Below, piece after piece: positions 28,371 to 41,940 of a stretch of 64,000 nt of DNA (positions are counted from its first letter, which is position 1; the number at the start of each line of letters is the position of its first letter). The notes under the pieces are model-generated. The model was not told where the DNA came from. It saw only the letters and a program-made list of their open reading frames with translations, and made no database searches. The position numbers were made by a program, and so were the translations under genes. The DNA lies in contig OX597820.1 of the NCBI GenBank assembly GCA_951406725.2, forward strand, positions 23,808,001-23,872,000, read 5' to 3'. The DNA comes from Octopus vulgaris (lineage: Eukaryota).

Positions 28371-28382
28371 TACACACACAGA

Positions 28383-29610
28383 TATGACAGAAGTAAATAG
28401 ACACCCTAATAATCATTAAAATTTATTTAAATCTGAAATTATGCATTCAAATTATTTACTAATTATCTGAATATCTAATATTTAGTAGACATGCCCTTTG
28501 CATTTTTCAATGCAAGGATCCTATAAGGCATACAACTAATCAGATGATGAATATTCTCTTGTGGAATTTCTTGCCAAGTTTCATGCAATAATCTCAAAAG
28601 ATCTGATTTTGAGGATGCTTTCTTGTTCTTTTTATGAAGTGTCCTGTCCATTATGCCCCAGAGGTGTTCAATAGGGTTTATATCTGGTGAGTGGCTTGGC
28701 CATGGAAGATTTTTAATGCCATTCTTTTCCAACCAATTTTGGGTCTTTTTAGTCGTGTGACAAGGAGCCCTATCTTCCATAAATAAAGAGTCTTTAATCA
28801 TTTCACCATTGGAGAAGATTGGAAGGAGTCCTTTCCACAATATGGACACATATTTATCTGAGTTTGTTTCCATCACACTCCACCTGCTCTGATTAACCAT
28901 TGCTCCAAATTGTTCCCCAGACCATCACAGAATAGCTGCCTTGTTTCATTGTTGGCAGCAATCTTTTCATGTCAAATTCTTGATCAGAATTTTCAGACCC
29001 TCACTCGACCACTGTCAGAAAATACAACAAACTCTCTGAACTCATCAGAAAATATGATAATGTCCCAAAATGCCAGCAGCCACTCCATCATCTCACTGGC
29101 CCAATCTTTTCTCCACTTGATATTGGCTGGTTTAAGAAATGGCTTCCTTTTTGCTGCTCTGCCATAGTAGCCAAGTTTGTGGAGATACTTGACAGCTGTT
29201 CTGGGACTGACATCAACTTGTTCTGCTATGTCAGAGGTCTTGCAATGAGGATTATCCTCCACACTTCACTTAACAAAGCAAAGGGTCCTATTAGAGTGCC
29301 CTGGTTGACCTGGGCAAGGTGATGTGGACTCCTTCCCTCTCTGGTGAATTGCACAATCACCCTATTAACTGTAGAAAGCAGGATCCCAAGGTTTTCTGTG
29401 ATTTTATGTCGAGTAAGTTCACCTTCAGATTGACCCACAATACGGTCTCTTTGCAATTTGGACAGTTCCAAGGCTTCTTTTGTATGTGGCAGGATTAAAC
29501 AGTCACATATAAAACCCGAAACATAAAAATGTCCATTAATAAAAAATATAAACCTTTTCAAGTTTAACATAAAACAATGTTTTATGGGTTGTCTATTTAC
29601 TTCTGTCATG
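28383..29610 (-). mobile_element. Full-length but frameshifted Tc1 (DD34E) transposon in CHIC intron 3
   Basis: TIRs ATGACAGAAGTAAATAGACA at both ends. HTH region, IIFSDE, then FMEDRAPCH..WPSHSPDINPIE with 34 residues between D and E; split over three frames. Confidence 0.93.
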
Positions 29611-30051
29611 TATATATATATATATATATATAATATATATAAAGAGAGAGAGAGAAAGAGCAGTGGGACATAGTTACTATAACTTAATGCAATAAGATGT
29701 TCCCTGATGGTCCTTTGTGCACCTGTTATCAGGGCTCAAAGCCATAATGGTAAAAGGCATGTAGGAACTATAATATAAACTTGTTTATCCCTATTTCTCC
29801 TACATACACATAGATATTACAATAATTGTTGTTTTAATATTTATTTTTCCCAGGTTAAGAGTTTATATAAACTTTTCTTGCAAGTTTGCTTTTTTTTTGT
29901 TTACATTTTCTTAAAAATGATCTGGTATTAAACAACAAAGAAAAGGAATTCAAAACACTGATTTGTGTGTGTGTGTGTGTGTACGTGCGCGTATGTGTTA
30001 AAAAGATACATTCTCTAGAGACTAATTTTTGCTGTGTATCTCTCACTTCAG

Positions 30052-30108
30052 ACACGACATTCTATAGAAAAAGTTATTGAATGGGAAAACAATCACCTGT
30101 ATCGTAAG
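30052..30108 (+). CDS. CHIC2: CHIC-like exon 4 (TRHSIEKVIEWENNHLYRK)
   Basis: CTTCAG acceptor, GTAAGG donor, 57 nt, in frame. Confidence 0.95.
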
Positions 30109-30544
30109 GTAAGGCATTGACACTGAAATTATCTTCTTCCAATTGAAAAAAACTGAATGGTTTTCATTGTTTTCTTTTAATTCTGTATTTCCTATTAAAG
30201 GAACAACAAAACAACCTTCTCCTTGCCAAAAACTACAAATACTTCATTATGGCCCATCAATCACTGGGTGACTTAATTGTTGCTTGACATACTAGAAATA
30301 GCAGCTAAATTTCCTATTGTCTTAAAATAGATGCTATCTTATATTACATCAGTTTATGTAGACTTGGATATACTCAATGCCTAAAACAACAACAAAAAAA
30401 AAAAGAATTGGATTGTGGCTGGAATACTTCTGATAAACAAGTCTGTTCAATTCAATTGATACCCTGCTGAGGTAATATGGTTATATGACAAACTATCCTA
30501 GCAGTTTGTAAAGTGTATAAAGCATTGTCCTTTTCGGGGTAAAG

Positions 30545-30780
30545 GTTTTTGTGTTTATACCTGTAGTTTAAACTGGCCATACCAGGCCAAAATTGTCTTC
30601 CTGTTATATGCTCAAACCAGCCTTATCTGACCTCTCACACATACCCTACAAAGTCATTCTAAAAATAAACAGGGACATCATCAAAATCTCAGAGTTACAA
30701 GATGCTGTACAATTAATTTAAAACAATGTGATTAAACAGGCTTTACATCTGACAGAGTAATCTGAATGCTAAAGGGTTAA
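30545..30780. mobile_element. piggyBac-like MITE (inverted relative of 32529-32747)
   Basis: Ends TCTGAATGCTAAAGGGTTAA; internal similarity to the 32.5 kb copy. Confidence 0.6.
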
Positions 30781-31369
30781 AAATCCAGCCTTGTAGCATG
30801 GCTACACTAATTCTCTTGAGAATTATGTTGAGGGTATATGTGTCTGTGGCATACATGGCTGCTAATTCATGGTTTCAAAATTCTGTCCGAGATTCATTTA
30901 TATATAATGATGGACTCACCCGTCGAAGATGACATAAGAGTATTCAGCTTCTGCTGAACGATCTGCACAAATGATTCGTTTATAATGATTAAATGTTCAT
31001 GCTGCACATTAACTCTCTCTCTCTCTCTCTCCATCAAATCTTCAATAAGGGTGCATGACTTAGTGGTTAGGGCATTACACTTAGGATCCGGTGATTGTGA
31101 TTTCAGTTCCTAGACTGGGTGGTGCGTTGTGTTCTTAAGCAAAGCACTTAATCTCACATTGCTCTGTGATCACTTCGATACCTAAAGTGTGGTACACTGT
31201 GCACCTGTTCATACACACATATATGTTGATATCAATAAGGCATTGAAATTATGATGACTTTTGGTCGATACTGATGGTGAGTGCATCCACATCTTTCGTG
31301 TACTTTTTTCCTGTTTTCTGTATGTTCTGTCAGCATCCTCTTATGCCACACTATACTAATATATATATA

Positions 31370-31960
31370 TAACACCAAATAAGTTAGGGGTTGTGGATCC
31401 AACCCTCTAAGGGATAATACTTATCCAATATACTGTTGGTATAATACTCAAATTATTAATACACAAGTGTTTTTAATTGCAATGCAATTAAATTAAATGG
31501 GTAAAAGTAAAGAAATATTTTACCATTAATTTATAATACAAATAAGAAAATGGAGAAACAATTTAGTTGGTTCATCAGCTTTCGGATATTAGAATATTGA
31601 CTTATTTATTTAACAAAACGAGAACCATAACAACATACATATATACATTAAAATTCAATACATACAAGATAAGAATACAATTAATATATATATCTCATGA
31701 TGATGATATACACACACACACATACATACATATAAAAATCAACAAGAGTACAGTGAACATGCTGTAGGGTGTGTAAAATCCAACATTTTGGACAGTTCTT
31801 CTTCAGAGAGGATTCCTCTTAACTTTTACCTGAGCAAGGACTCTGTCTGAAATGCTGGATTTTCCACTCCCCCACAGTAAGTCCACAGTACTCTTTTTCT
31901 TGATTTTATCAAATGATACAAGACTTACCACTGTGACCAACACCAATCTCTTTTGATTCT
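31370..31960. mobile_element. Probable Penelope-like element relic
   Basis: Inverted pair TCCAACATTTTGGACAG..TTCAG / CTGAGCAAGGACTCTGTCTGAAATGCTGGA (31779-31859), resembling a decayed pLTR hammerhead; next to (TA)n. Confidence 0.4.
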
Positions 31961-32042
31961 ATGTGCATGTGAGGGTGTGTGTGTGTGTGTGTGTGTGTAT
32001 TTGAATACCAAAATGTTTGTACCAAATTCTTTTAAATTCTAG

Positions 32043-32102
32043 CTTGGTCTAAACTGGCGACTGAGTAAACAACGATGTGATTCAAGCAGTATGATGGAAT
32101 AT
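32043..32102 (+). CDS. CHIC2: CHIC-like exon 5 (LGLNWRLSKQRCDSSSMMEY)
   Basis: TTCTAG acceptor, GTAAGT donor, 60 nt, in frame. Confidence 0.95.
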
Positions 32103-32201
32103 GTAAGTGAATTTTTATTATTACTGTTTAGCTGCATACCACTGTGGCCCAAATTCAAATTTGGCAAGTGTTGACTTTGTCTTTTATCCTGATAGAAATA
32201 A

Positions 32202-32435
32202 GGCGGTGAGCTGGCAGAAATGTTAGCACGTCGGGCGAAATGCTTTGTGGTATTTCATCCGCTGCTGCTTTCTGAGTTCAAATTCCGCTGAGGTCGACTT
32301 TGCCTTTCATCCTTTCGGGGTTGATAAATTAAGTACCAGTTACGCACTGGGGTCAATGTAATCGACTTAATCCCTTTTGTCTGTCCTTGTTTGTCCCCTC
32401 TATGTTTAGCCCTTTGTGGGCAATAAAGAAATAAA
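32202..32435 (+). mobile_element. SINE A, full copy
   Basis: Family match. Confidence 0.85.
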
Positions 32436-32528
32436 GAATTAGTTTACTAAATAGAACTCAAATGCTGGTTTTTATTAAATTGGCTACACCCTTCATGCCA
32501 AAGTTTGTGGCCCAGTGTTTAAATTTAA

Positions 32529-32747
32529 CCCTTTAGTGTTCAGATTGTTCTATCAAACATAATGCTTATTGATTCCCATTGATTTGAATTAATCATGCAT
32601 TATCTCATACCTTCAAGATCTTGATGGTGCAATTACTTAATGTAGAATAACATTGTAGGGTAGGTGTGAGAACCTGGATCTGGTCAGTTTGAACATAAAA
32701 CAGATTAACTATTTTGGCCGGATATGGCCGGTTTAAATACTAAAGGG
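32529..32747. mobile_element. piggyBac-like MITE
   Basis: TTAA-CCCTTTAG..CTAAAGGG-TTAA termini. Confidence 0.8.
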
Positions 32748-33007
32748 TTAATAATAGTGATCTTAGTAAGGAGTTTTGTCCTTGTTTTCAACCTCTAGCA
32801 ATCTTGTATTAATTTTGTACTTTCTCTGCTAAAAAGTCTACTTCAGATTCGTGTTCTTTTACCTTTCTCCATCAGGCAATACCTTAACTCTTTTGCTACC
32901 ATATTTTCTCTTGATATGCACTATCTTTATTTCAGTTAATTTTTTACATTAATGAATTTAGAAAATGACCTTTGTCATTTTTGTGCTAGTGTTTCAAGTT
33001 TTAATTT

Positions 33008-33307
33008 GTTTGTTCCCTCTCGAGCCATGCCTGGCTCATAAGGGCCGGTTTCCTGGTTTCCTTGGCATATAGGCTCCCCACCTGGATGGGACGCCGGTCT
33101 GTTGCAGGTGAGCTGCAAGTTGCAGGAGGAAAGAGTGAGAGAAAGTTGTGGCTAAAGAGTCAGCAGAAGTTTGCCATTACCTTCTGCTGGAGCCGCGTGG
33201 AGCTTAGGTGTTTCGCTCATAAATACACACATCGCCCGGTCTGAGATTCGAACCTACGATCCCTCAACCGTGAGTCTGCTGCTCTAACCACTGGGCCATG
33301 TGTCTCC
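33008..33307 (-). mobile_element. tRNA-derived SINE with a Meta-like domain and 14-bp TSD
   Basis: A box TGGCCCAGTGG, B box GGTTCGAATC, CCCATCCAGG..GAAACCGG..GGCTCG core. TCAAGTTTTAATTT at 32994-33007 and 33308-33321. Confidence 0.85.
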
Positions 33308-33674
33308 TCAAGTTTTAATTTAGTTCAGCTTAAAACAAGCAGCTTGTCATTGAACTAGTGGGCTCTCAGTTAGGTTGGTATCAAAAGTGTTAATGTATCA
33401 TGCTACTTGCGACTGTAGTAAATATGTAGGACAGTTCAATTCTTGATGATCCATCTCTTAACAGCCTAAGTCTAAACAATCTTCTGTTTCTCTGCATGAA
33501 TAGACCCAAACTAACTTGTTAGTAACTTAGAGTACATAAACACTAAATTATTAACGACTTAAACTAATACTTTCTTGTATTTTTAGTTGTATGTTTAGGC
33601 TTGAATGCCACTTGTGGATTGGCAGGATTGTTAATGCATTGACAAAAAGTCTTGCAATATTTTTTCTGGCTTTA

Positions 33675-34265
33675 AGGGGTGAGCTGGCAGAATCATTAGC
33701 ATGCTGAGCAAAATGCTTAGCAACATTTCATCTGGCTTCATGTTTTGAGTTCAAATTCCATGGAGGTGGACTTAGCCTTTTCTCCTTTTGGTGTCAATAA
33801 GATAAGTACCAGTCGAACACTGGGGTATATGCAATCGACTTACCCAGTCCCTGAAAATTGCTGGCCTTGTGCCAAAATTTGAAACCAATATTTCTTCTGG
33901 CTTTTTTGTAGGGTGGCAAGCTGGCAGAATTCTTAGCACGCTGGACGAAATGCTTAGCGGTATTTCATCTGCCGTTACGTTCTGAGTTCAAATTCCGCCA
34001 AGGTCGACTTTGCCTTTCATCCTTTCGGGGTTGATAAATTAAGTACCAGTTACGCACTGGGGTCGATGTAATCGACTTAATCCGTTTGTCTGTCCTTGTT
34101 TGTCTCCTCTATGTTTAGCCCCTGGTGGGCAATAAAGAAATAAGAATCGTTAGCATGCTGGACAAAATGCTTAGTGGCATTTTGTCTGTCTTTATATACT
34201 GAGATCAAATTCTGCCAAAGTCGATTTTGCTTTTCATTCCTTTCGGGGTCGATAAAATAAATACC
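33675..34265 (+). mobile_element. Three head-to-tail SINE A copies
   Basis: Units start at ~33677, 33912 and 34143. Confidence 0.85.
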
Positions 34266-34528
34266 AAGGTGCTGTAGAAAGGGATTGAATCCAAAACTAT
34301 GCAGTTACAAAGTGAGCTTCTTAACTACACAGTGATGCCTGTACCATGACTTAGCCACAAAAAAAAAAAAAAAAATTCTATTTCTGGGGATCCTCAATAA
34401 ACTTTTGCTTTATGTTTGCTGAATAATTAGAGGTGCTAAGGGATCCCTCCATCCCCACATACTAAAAATACAACAGAAAAAAACAAAAAAAAAATCTTTT
34501 CAATATTATTTTTTCTTCTTCATTTTAG

Positions 34529-34579
34529 GTATTGATGATAGAATTCATTCCTAAAATTCCCATATTTCGACCGGACTGA
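34529..34579 (+). CDS. CHIC2: CHIC-like exon 6, terminal (VLMIEFIPKIPIFRPD*)
   Basis: TTTTAG acceptor; ends in the conserved PIFRPD-TGA. Total CDS 492 nt = 163 aa. Confidence 0.95.
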   Translation, partial: VLMIEFIPKIPIFRPD

Positions 34580-34705
34580 TGGTCATTCTCTATGGACCTT
34601 TCTTTTGTTTTTGGGAGCTGGCATGCTGTACTTGAAGTCTTTCATGGTTACCAATGGGAATTGGGAGGAGGTTAAAATGCTACAACCGAACATATCCCCT
34701 CCCAT

Positions 34706-34731
34706 TGCTGCTGCTGCTGCTGCTGCTGCTG
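34706..34731 (+). repeat. (CTG)8 repeat in the proximal 3' UTR; (CT)n at 34817-34845 and (TA)n at 35083-35155 nearby
   Basis: Read directly. Confidence 0.9.
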
Positions 34732-34813
34732 TCGAGGGCTGTGGAATCCTGGAACTTTATACTATCGGTTAATTTGTCTTACTGGTTGCTGGGTTGACTC
34801 TAGTCCTCTCTTC

Positions 34814-34848
<35 letters not shown>

Positions 34849-35077
34849 TAACTTTTTGAGTTACTTAAACATAAACAAAATAAACTCGATAAAGTATACA
34901 CACTCACACACACATCAATCCAGAGATACATGCCACTTTTCCACTTTCCCTTAATTTCCGCCCCCCCCCCCCACTCTTAGACACTACCACTTTTCCACAC
35001 GATTCAGTATTCTCACTTTTTCCACACACACTCATCTACGTACGCTCAGATTTTCTCATGCACACACACATATGTAC

Positions 35078-35158
<81 letters not shown>

Positions 35159-35391
35159 TATGTACTCATATTTCACTTACAAACACTAGAATACATACAT
35201 ATTTAAAAATATTCACAATCTCTGCTGTGCAAAATGTGCAAAACACTATTTTCCTCATTGCAAAATTTTATTAATTTTGCAAATACTGTGTATTTTTTTT
35301 TTTTTTTTGTTTTGATATTTAATTTTTTTTTTTAGTAATGTTCCCAGTTTTTCCCCACTTTTTAATATTTTACATTCTTTCTTAACCTTCA

Positions 35392-35426
<35 letters not shown>

Positions 35427-36308
35427 CTACATACACACATCTATATATACTTAAACATATATACACACACCTATATACATTTATATATACATAATTAATA
35501 TATATACATACATACATACACACACTCACATACAAATATATAGTATGTGAATATTTAATTGAGGTTATATTAAAACAAGCTTAAGAATGACAATAAAACA
35601 TTTATTGAAGGGGATGACTCAAATTACTCAGAGTAGAGTCAAATTTATTGTAAAATTTGTGTTCACTTGGACTTCAAGTTTCATCTAACAACTGAATATA
35701 CTGTTAGACAAAACTTAAAATCCCAGCCAACACAAATTACTATAAAATGTATTTATATTTTCTTGGTTTTTCAAAAGCATTGTGATTTTAACATCTCTTT
35801 GGTGTCTTTTGTACTTCCTTGACAAATGTGAAATGTTCCAATGGTGGAAGTAATTCTTTGGATCAGTAATAATAATAATAATAATAATTCATTTTTATTA
35901 TCTGAATCCTTTTCTTTCAACCATTCTGTTATTGTTGCTTTCTGCAAAGGGATTTAAAAAAATTTCTTTCTGTGTATTGATCACGGTCATTTCATTAACA
36001 TCTTATTGATTCATTAATTTCGCGACATTGTTACATATATATTCTTAATATATAAACATTTTTTTTTGCATTTTTTTTTAAAGTCACCCTTAAAATCTTA
36101 GGAAAAAACATGGAATTAATAAAGAATTGATTTCCAATCCAGAGTGATAATTTGATATTTAATAAAAAAGGAATTTTTTCCCCTCTTTTTGAACTTGAAT
36201 GAACTTTGACCTTCCCCTTATCTGCTCTTTCATTAAAATACATTTTGAAATGATTGTAGTGTCACTCTTTTGAGATGTGCAGGTACTGTTTCATATATAT
36301 ATATATAT

Positions 36309-36516
36309 ATCTGTAAAAGTAATATGTGATAATTATTCGGTAGCCAAGATAAAACTCTGAGTTTCGGATGCCGAGGTGGAAATCCACGCTACCATCTCTT
36401 CATCCTAGTTTTATCTTGGCTACCGAATAATTGTCACATATTACATTTACAGATAAATTCCTCTATTTACATAATATCGAGGTCTCTTTCTTTGTTTTGT
36501 ATCTTACCGTTTTTAT

Positions 36517-36520
<4 letters not shown>
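36309..36520. mobile_element. Hairpin-plus-tail element in (TA)n (Penelope-like inverted terminus)
   Basis: 48-bp arms at 36309-36356 and 36407-36454 with 2 mismatches, plus a ~65 bp unpaired tail. Confidence 0.65.
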
Positions 36521-36555
<35 letters not shown>

Positions 36556-36789
36556 AATGATATTAAATATTTTAAGAACTACCAATATGAAATGGAGAAC
36601 ACATTTTTTGGCATTGTGTGTGCTTGTCTTTATATATACATAATTACATGTGTATGTATATATATATATATATTCACATACATATGCATTAAACTCTCAC
36701 CAGGGTATGTATGCTTGTATACATACATCCAGATGGTTATTAGTTATGATATTAGTTAAGAATATAATTATCTGTGGATGGATACATAC

Positions 36790-36828
<39 letters not shown>

Positions 36829-37610
36829 GTGGCTCATGTTAACAAACAAATGATAGTGTTTATATTTATATGGATGTTTTTATATGTGGGTGTGTTCCAT
36901 TTTTCTCACTGTTTCATTCCAGTACAATACTTCAATGTGAATCATAGCTTATATGTGACTGGTGTTACTCATTTGTTAACTATAGTTTCAAAATCTGTTG
37001 ATGTTGTTTATTCATGTGAGGATTTCGAAAAGAAAAAAAAAAATGATCAAAGATAGAAAAAGAATATATAAAAAAAAAACTTGATTTAATAATTTCATTA
37101 ATCCCAACAGTGGTGACTACTTACACTGAGAAGTCTTTTTTTAGATTTCTTTTTGTGGGGAGAATGCTACTTTTTAGTTACATTTTTTATTTAGCTCAAG
37201 CTCACATGTTCATACATTTTTTCTCATTTTATTGTTGTCAATCAATGTTAATTTACTTACCTACACGTGTTTCATTTATCACTTTATTAAAATAGATTTC
37301 CCTCTCACTAATACTGAATTGTAATTATTTGCCATCCAAAGTAGTGTTACAGAACCCTGCTGATTGTCTTTAAAAATCCTATAGATATCTTATTTTAATA
37401 GTTAGTTATCTCTGCTACTTAAATGTAGTATTATAGAATCCCATTGTCAGTCCTATAGATATTTGTCTTTCTCACTATCAAGCTCTTGTAGATTATCATT
37501 TTAAATTTTATTTTTTTGTTTTGAGGTTTGTAATATTCAGTAATAAAAAAAAAATTATACTGAAAAGCTTAATATTCAGATTTTATTGCTGGGAAGATTT
37601 AAATTCTTCG

Positions 37611-37911
37611 TTAATGCATTAACTGCCATATATACCATTGGCAGTTCATCACAAACTTCAAATGACTGCCACAGGCATCAGTGGTGGTACATTTTCATAA
37701 TTTGAAAAAATATTTTATTCAGTATCTTTGACATGGTTTCGGGGATATTTAAATAACATGAGTTATAAATATTAAAGTTTAATTATGAAAAATTGTAGAA
37801 ATGCCAAAAAATTACATTTCCTTGTAATTAAGCAGTGTGCAGTGTGACCTTGCAAAATACACGGTGTCACTGGTAAGTTCCAATGACAGGCCGTGATAGT
37901 TAACATGTTAA
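37611..37911. mobile_element. Old TTAA-flanked MITE
   Basis: TTAATGCATTAACTGCCA..GATAGTTAACATGTTAA imperfect TIRs. Confidence 0.45.
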
Positions 37912-38584
37912 AAAAAAAAAATTAATTTTTGCTTCTATCTGAATCTTGGCTTTGGTAAATAGGTAGAATATGGTATTATTAACTGCATAAGTTGTGAGTT
38001 CGTAATCTGTTCTTTTGTTTTTCATTTTCTTTCTGGAAGACTTCTCAATTCTTGTTGATTTAATCTAGCTGGATAATAGATTAATAGATATTCAGGAATT
38101 CTAGAAAAAAATTGCTTGTAGTAGGCTAGCAATTTATCCAAGGGTGTGATTTTCACCTCACAAGTCCAGTACTTGCAGACACTGTTGGTAAGAACTAACT
38201 GCAAGAACCGTAATGGTTCATAGTTTTTTTTTCTTTCTTTTTTTCTTTTCTTATTATTTTATATTGGAAATTAATAACCTTTGACTCCTCACTTGCTTTC
38301 TAATCCTGTAAAAAGTTTTACAGCAAATGAATGAAGAAGCTTGTTTCCAGTGTTGGTTGTTGCTGTTATAATTGTTATTGTTATTTTTTTTCCTTTCCTT
38401 TTTATAATTTATGTCACTGTGTGGCAAAGTTCATCAAGTTGTATTCATCCCTATGTTTAATTGTCACTGCCCTCCAAAGAAAAACATAAGTTCAGTTTTT
38501 TTAGTACTTGGCAGTTTACATTAGGCTGAAGTTATTTTCTTGACATGTATATAATGTGGAGTCTCTCTCTCTCTCTCTTGCTCG

Positions 38585-38629
<45 letters not shown>

Positions 38630-39554
38630 CATATATATACACACACACATATACATAAACACAAACACACTCCACAATTTAACAATGTTGGGTTCAAGTT
38701 TTGGGTTTCTTTAAAAAAAAACTATTTGAAACCAATACTTTGGGTTTTTTTAAAAATTCATTGATTATAATGAAGCCTTGTTAAAAATTTCAGTTTTATG
38801 TTTATTATATAAATATTGACCTTTTTGTTTTCTAGTAAGATATTGCATCAGTAATGCAAATATATACAAATCCCAGGATTTATATATTCTTAATCCTGTG
38901 CTCTTATCATCCATGTACTTTTTCTTAGTGTTATCTTTGTTATTTTGAAAAGGCTTGAATGCTCTCACTTCCACTTAACCTCGCTCTGCCCTCCCTAACT
39001 GAGGTTTTGTGCTGATGTAATTTATGTATGATATTCATTTATTAATGCTTGGCATTGCTATTTTTTTTCATATTATGCTTTTTATTATTATTGTTTTTAT
39101 TATTGTTGTTTATTGTTTCTTCTAAAACTGCCATCCACATTAAATATCATATGTTGCAACAACTAAACTAACTGTACAGTCTCTTGACCTGCTAAAATAG
39201 TTGTCAAATCTCCAGAATGTCCCATCCTAACTATCTCAGATAAAGAGGGTTCATTGGACATATGGTCCCTGATATATATAAAAAAAAGAAAAGGGAAGAA
39301 AATGCACTGGGGCTGTACAACAATTAACACTCTTTTTTTTTGTGCATCATTGTTTTTTTTTTCCCTATATTTTACTTACACAATTGTTAAATAGTTAAAA
39401 GCATTTGTTTACACCTGTTGTGAATTTGTATGTATTTGATACACATTGTCATATTTTGGACAAGACCCTCAACTCCCATTGTTTCCTTTCGTTATGTATG
39501 AAGCACTCTTAGTATTATAGTGTTTTGAGATTCCATTGCTTTTATTATTATTAT

Positions 39555-41030
39555 TAAGATGACAAGCTGGCAGAATCATTAGAGAATTGGTAAAAATGCT
39601 TCACAACTCTTCAAATTCTGAGTTCAAATCCTGCCAAGGTCAACTTCACCTTTCATCCCTCCAGCTTGATATAAACTACTGGGATTGATGGTATTGACTG
39701 GTCTTTTCTCCTCAAAAATTACTAGTCTTGTGCCTAAATCGGCAATCACCATTATTATTATTAAAGTGGTGAGCTGGCTGAATCATTAGCACGCTGGACA
39801 AAATGCTTAGCAGCATTTCATCTGTCTTCATGTTCTGAGTTCAAATTCCACTGAGGTCGACTTTGCCTTTCATCCTTTTGGGATTGATGAAATAAGTACC
39901 AGTTGAACACTGGAGGCAATGTAATCAACTCCTCTCCTTCCCACCAAAATTGCTGTCCTTATAGCAAAATTTGGAACCATTATTTAGTGGTGAGCTGGCA
40001 GAATCGTTAGCATGTTGGGCAAAATGCTTAACATTTTGTCTATCTTTACATTCTGAGTTAAAATTTCTGCTGAGGTTGACTTCGCCTTTCATCCTTTCAG
40101 GGTTGATAAAATAAGTACCAGTTGAGCACTGGGGTCAATGTGTTTTGACTAGCTCCCTCCCTCCCAAATTTCAGGCTTTGTGCCTATTGTAGAAGGGGTT
40201 ATTAAGACTGTAGAGCTGGCAGAACCATTATAGCATTGGAAAGATACCTCAGCACATTTCTTTCTAGCTCTTTATGTTATGTACTCAAATCCCATTGAGG
40301 TAAATTTTGCTTTTTATTCCTTTGGGGTTGATAAAGTAATAGCTTTCATGTAATCAACTAACTCTCCCATTGAAATTGCTGGCTTTGTGCTGAAAAATTG
40401 AGCTGACAGACTTAGAGTATCAAAAAAATGCTTTGCATTATTTGTTCCAGTGCTTCATGTTATAAATTCAAATATTCCTAGAGTCAACTTTGCCTTTCAT
40501 CCCTCTAGGGTTCATAAATTTAAGGTACTAGTGAAGTGTGGGGATTGATAGCATTGACTAATCTCTTCTTTTCAAAATTGCTGGCCTTGTCTAAATCAGA
40601 AACCATTATTAAAGGCAATGAACTGGTGGAATTGTTAGGGCTTTGGGCAAAATGCTTAGAGGCTATTCTTCCATCTCTTTTATATGCTGAGCTCAAAATC
40701 TTGCTGAGATCAACTTTGGTACTTCAAAGATCAACTCCAAAAGGATAAAAGGCAGACAAGAAGTGAGGTCGATGTGATTGATGAACTCCCTTCCCTTATA
40801 ATTGTTGGCCTTGAGCCACAATTTTGAAACGATTATTATTTTTATTAGGTAATATTAAAAAAATTAGTTGATGGCAGTAATTGCATCCCATTGTATTTCT
40901 GAGTTCATATCCTGCTGAAGTTAAATTGGATTTTCATCTTTCCAAGTTCGATTTAAGATAAGTACTGGCCAAGTACTGAAATCCATAAATAATCAACAAT
41001 GTTCTTCCTCAAAATTTGTACCCTTGCACC
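39555..41030 (+). repeat. Head-to-tail array of ~7 diverged SINE A units (~200-230 bp)
   Basis: Repeated GAGCTGGCAGAA..GAGTTCAAAT..GCCTTTCATCC..AAATTGCTGGCCTTG..(ATT)n. Confidence 0.85.
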
Positions 41031-41120
41031 AATATTAGCTGTTACTGTTGCAATTAGCACTATTGCATTGCTGAAGACTAAGTCATTGGATTTACTTATA
41101 TTTCCTTTCTGTCAATAATA

Positions 41121-41940
41121 CAAGGTGTCTATAAATGACCTTTCCAATTTGAAAAGTTCAGAAAAAAATGAAAAATAAGCATAATCTGGCAGAGTTTACT
41201 GGAAAACACTTCTATGAACACATCTGTGTGAGCTCCACTGGTTGCACATAACATATCTAGATAATGTTCAGCTTCTGACCATTTGCATTAGAGCATCCTC
41301 TTATCAATATTGGATATGACTTGGCATATTTTTTCCTCGAGATCTTGAACATTTGTATGATAGACTCTGTCTTTAATGTAGACCTATAAGAAGTCTAGAG
41401 GGTTTTATATCTTGTGACCTAGATGGCCAGGAAATTGAACTGCCTCTTGCAATCCACCAGTTTCGGAAAGTTTCATTAAGAAATTCTTGAACATTCAACT
41501 GCCAATGTGTGGTGCACCATCTTGGAAAATAACTGTTGGTTGCAAGTTGTGCAACTGTGGTTCCACAAATTCTTGTAAAAAATCAGAGTAAGCATTGGAA
41601 ATAATTGTTTCTTTTGCAAAGAAAAAATGGGCCAGTCATTTGATCTAACACAAGACCACACCAAACATTGACTTTTGGGTTGTTTCTTTCCAGTCCTTTT
41701 GTTTTGTTTGGGTTTTCCAAACTCCAGTTCCTGTTGAGCATATTTATCATTCCTGATACATGAAATGTTGCTTTATCACTGAAACAACTCTTTCAATGGA
41801 ACCCCTCATCTTCATCTAATTGAGCTAACATGTCCACCACAAATTGTTTCCTTTAGGGTTTGTCATCTAGCTAAAGTGCTTGCAAAAGTTGCACCTTATA
41901 AGCATAAAGCCTCAAGTTCTTGTGCAAAACTTCAATAATA
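41121..41940 (-). mobile_element. Degenerate Tc1/mariner-superfamily transposase relic (rosa/DD41D-like)
   Basis: Minus-strand peptides LRLYAYKVQLLQAL, FSDKATFHVSG, FQDGAPH and WPSRSQDI; TA-CAAGGTGT terminus. Confidence 0.7.

Noticed and set aside
31251-31275. C/D box snoRNA motif (ATGATGA..CTGA)
   Set aside because: The boxes are too close together and there is no terminal stem.
33232-33307. tRNA gene on the minus strand
   Set aside because: It is the head of a TSD-flanked SINE and lacks a proper acceptor stem.
34577-34673. TGA readthrough or selenocysteine extension of CHIC (~31 codons)
   Set aside because: The TGA falls at the conserved C-terminus, the context is not TGA-CTA, and no SECIS was recognised.
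39555-41030. CRISPR-like or satellite array
   Set aside because: Units are diverged SINE copies without a repeat-spacer structure, in a eukaryotic context.
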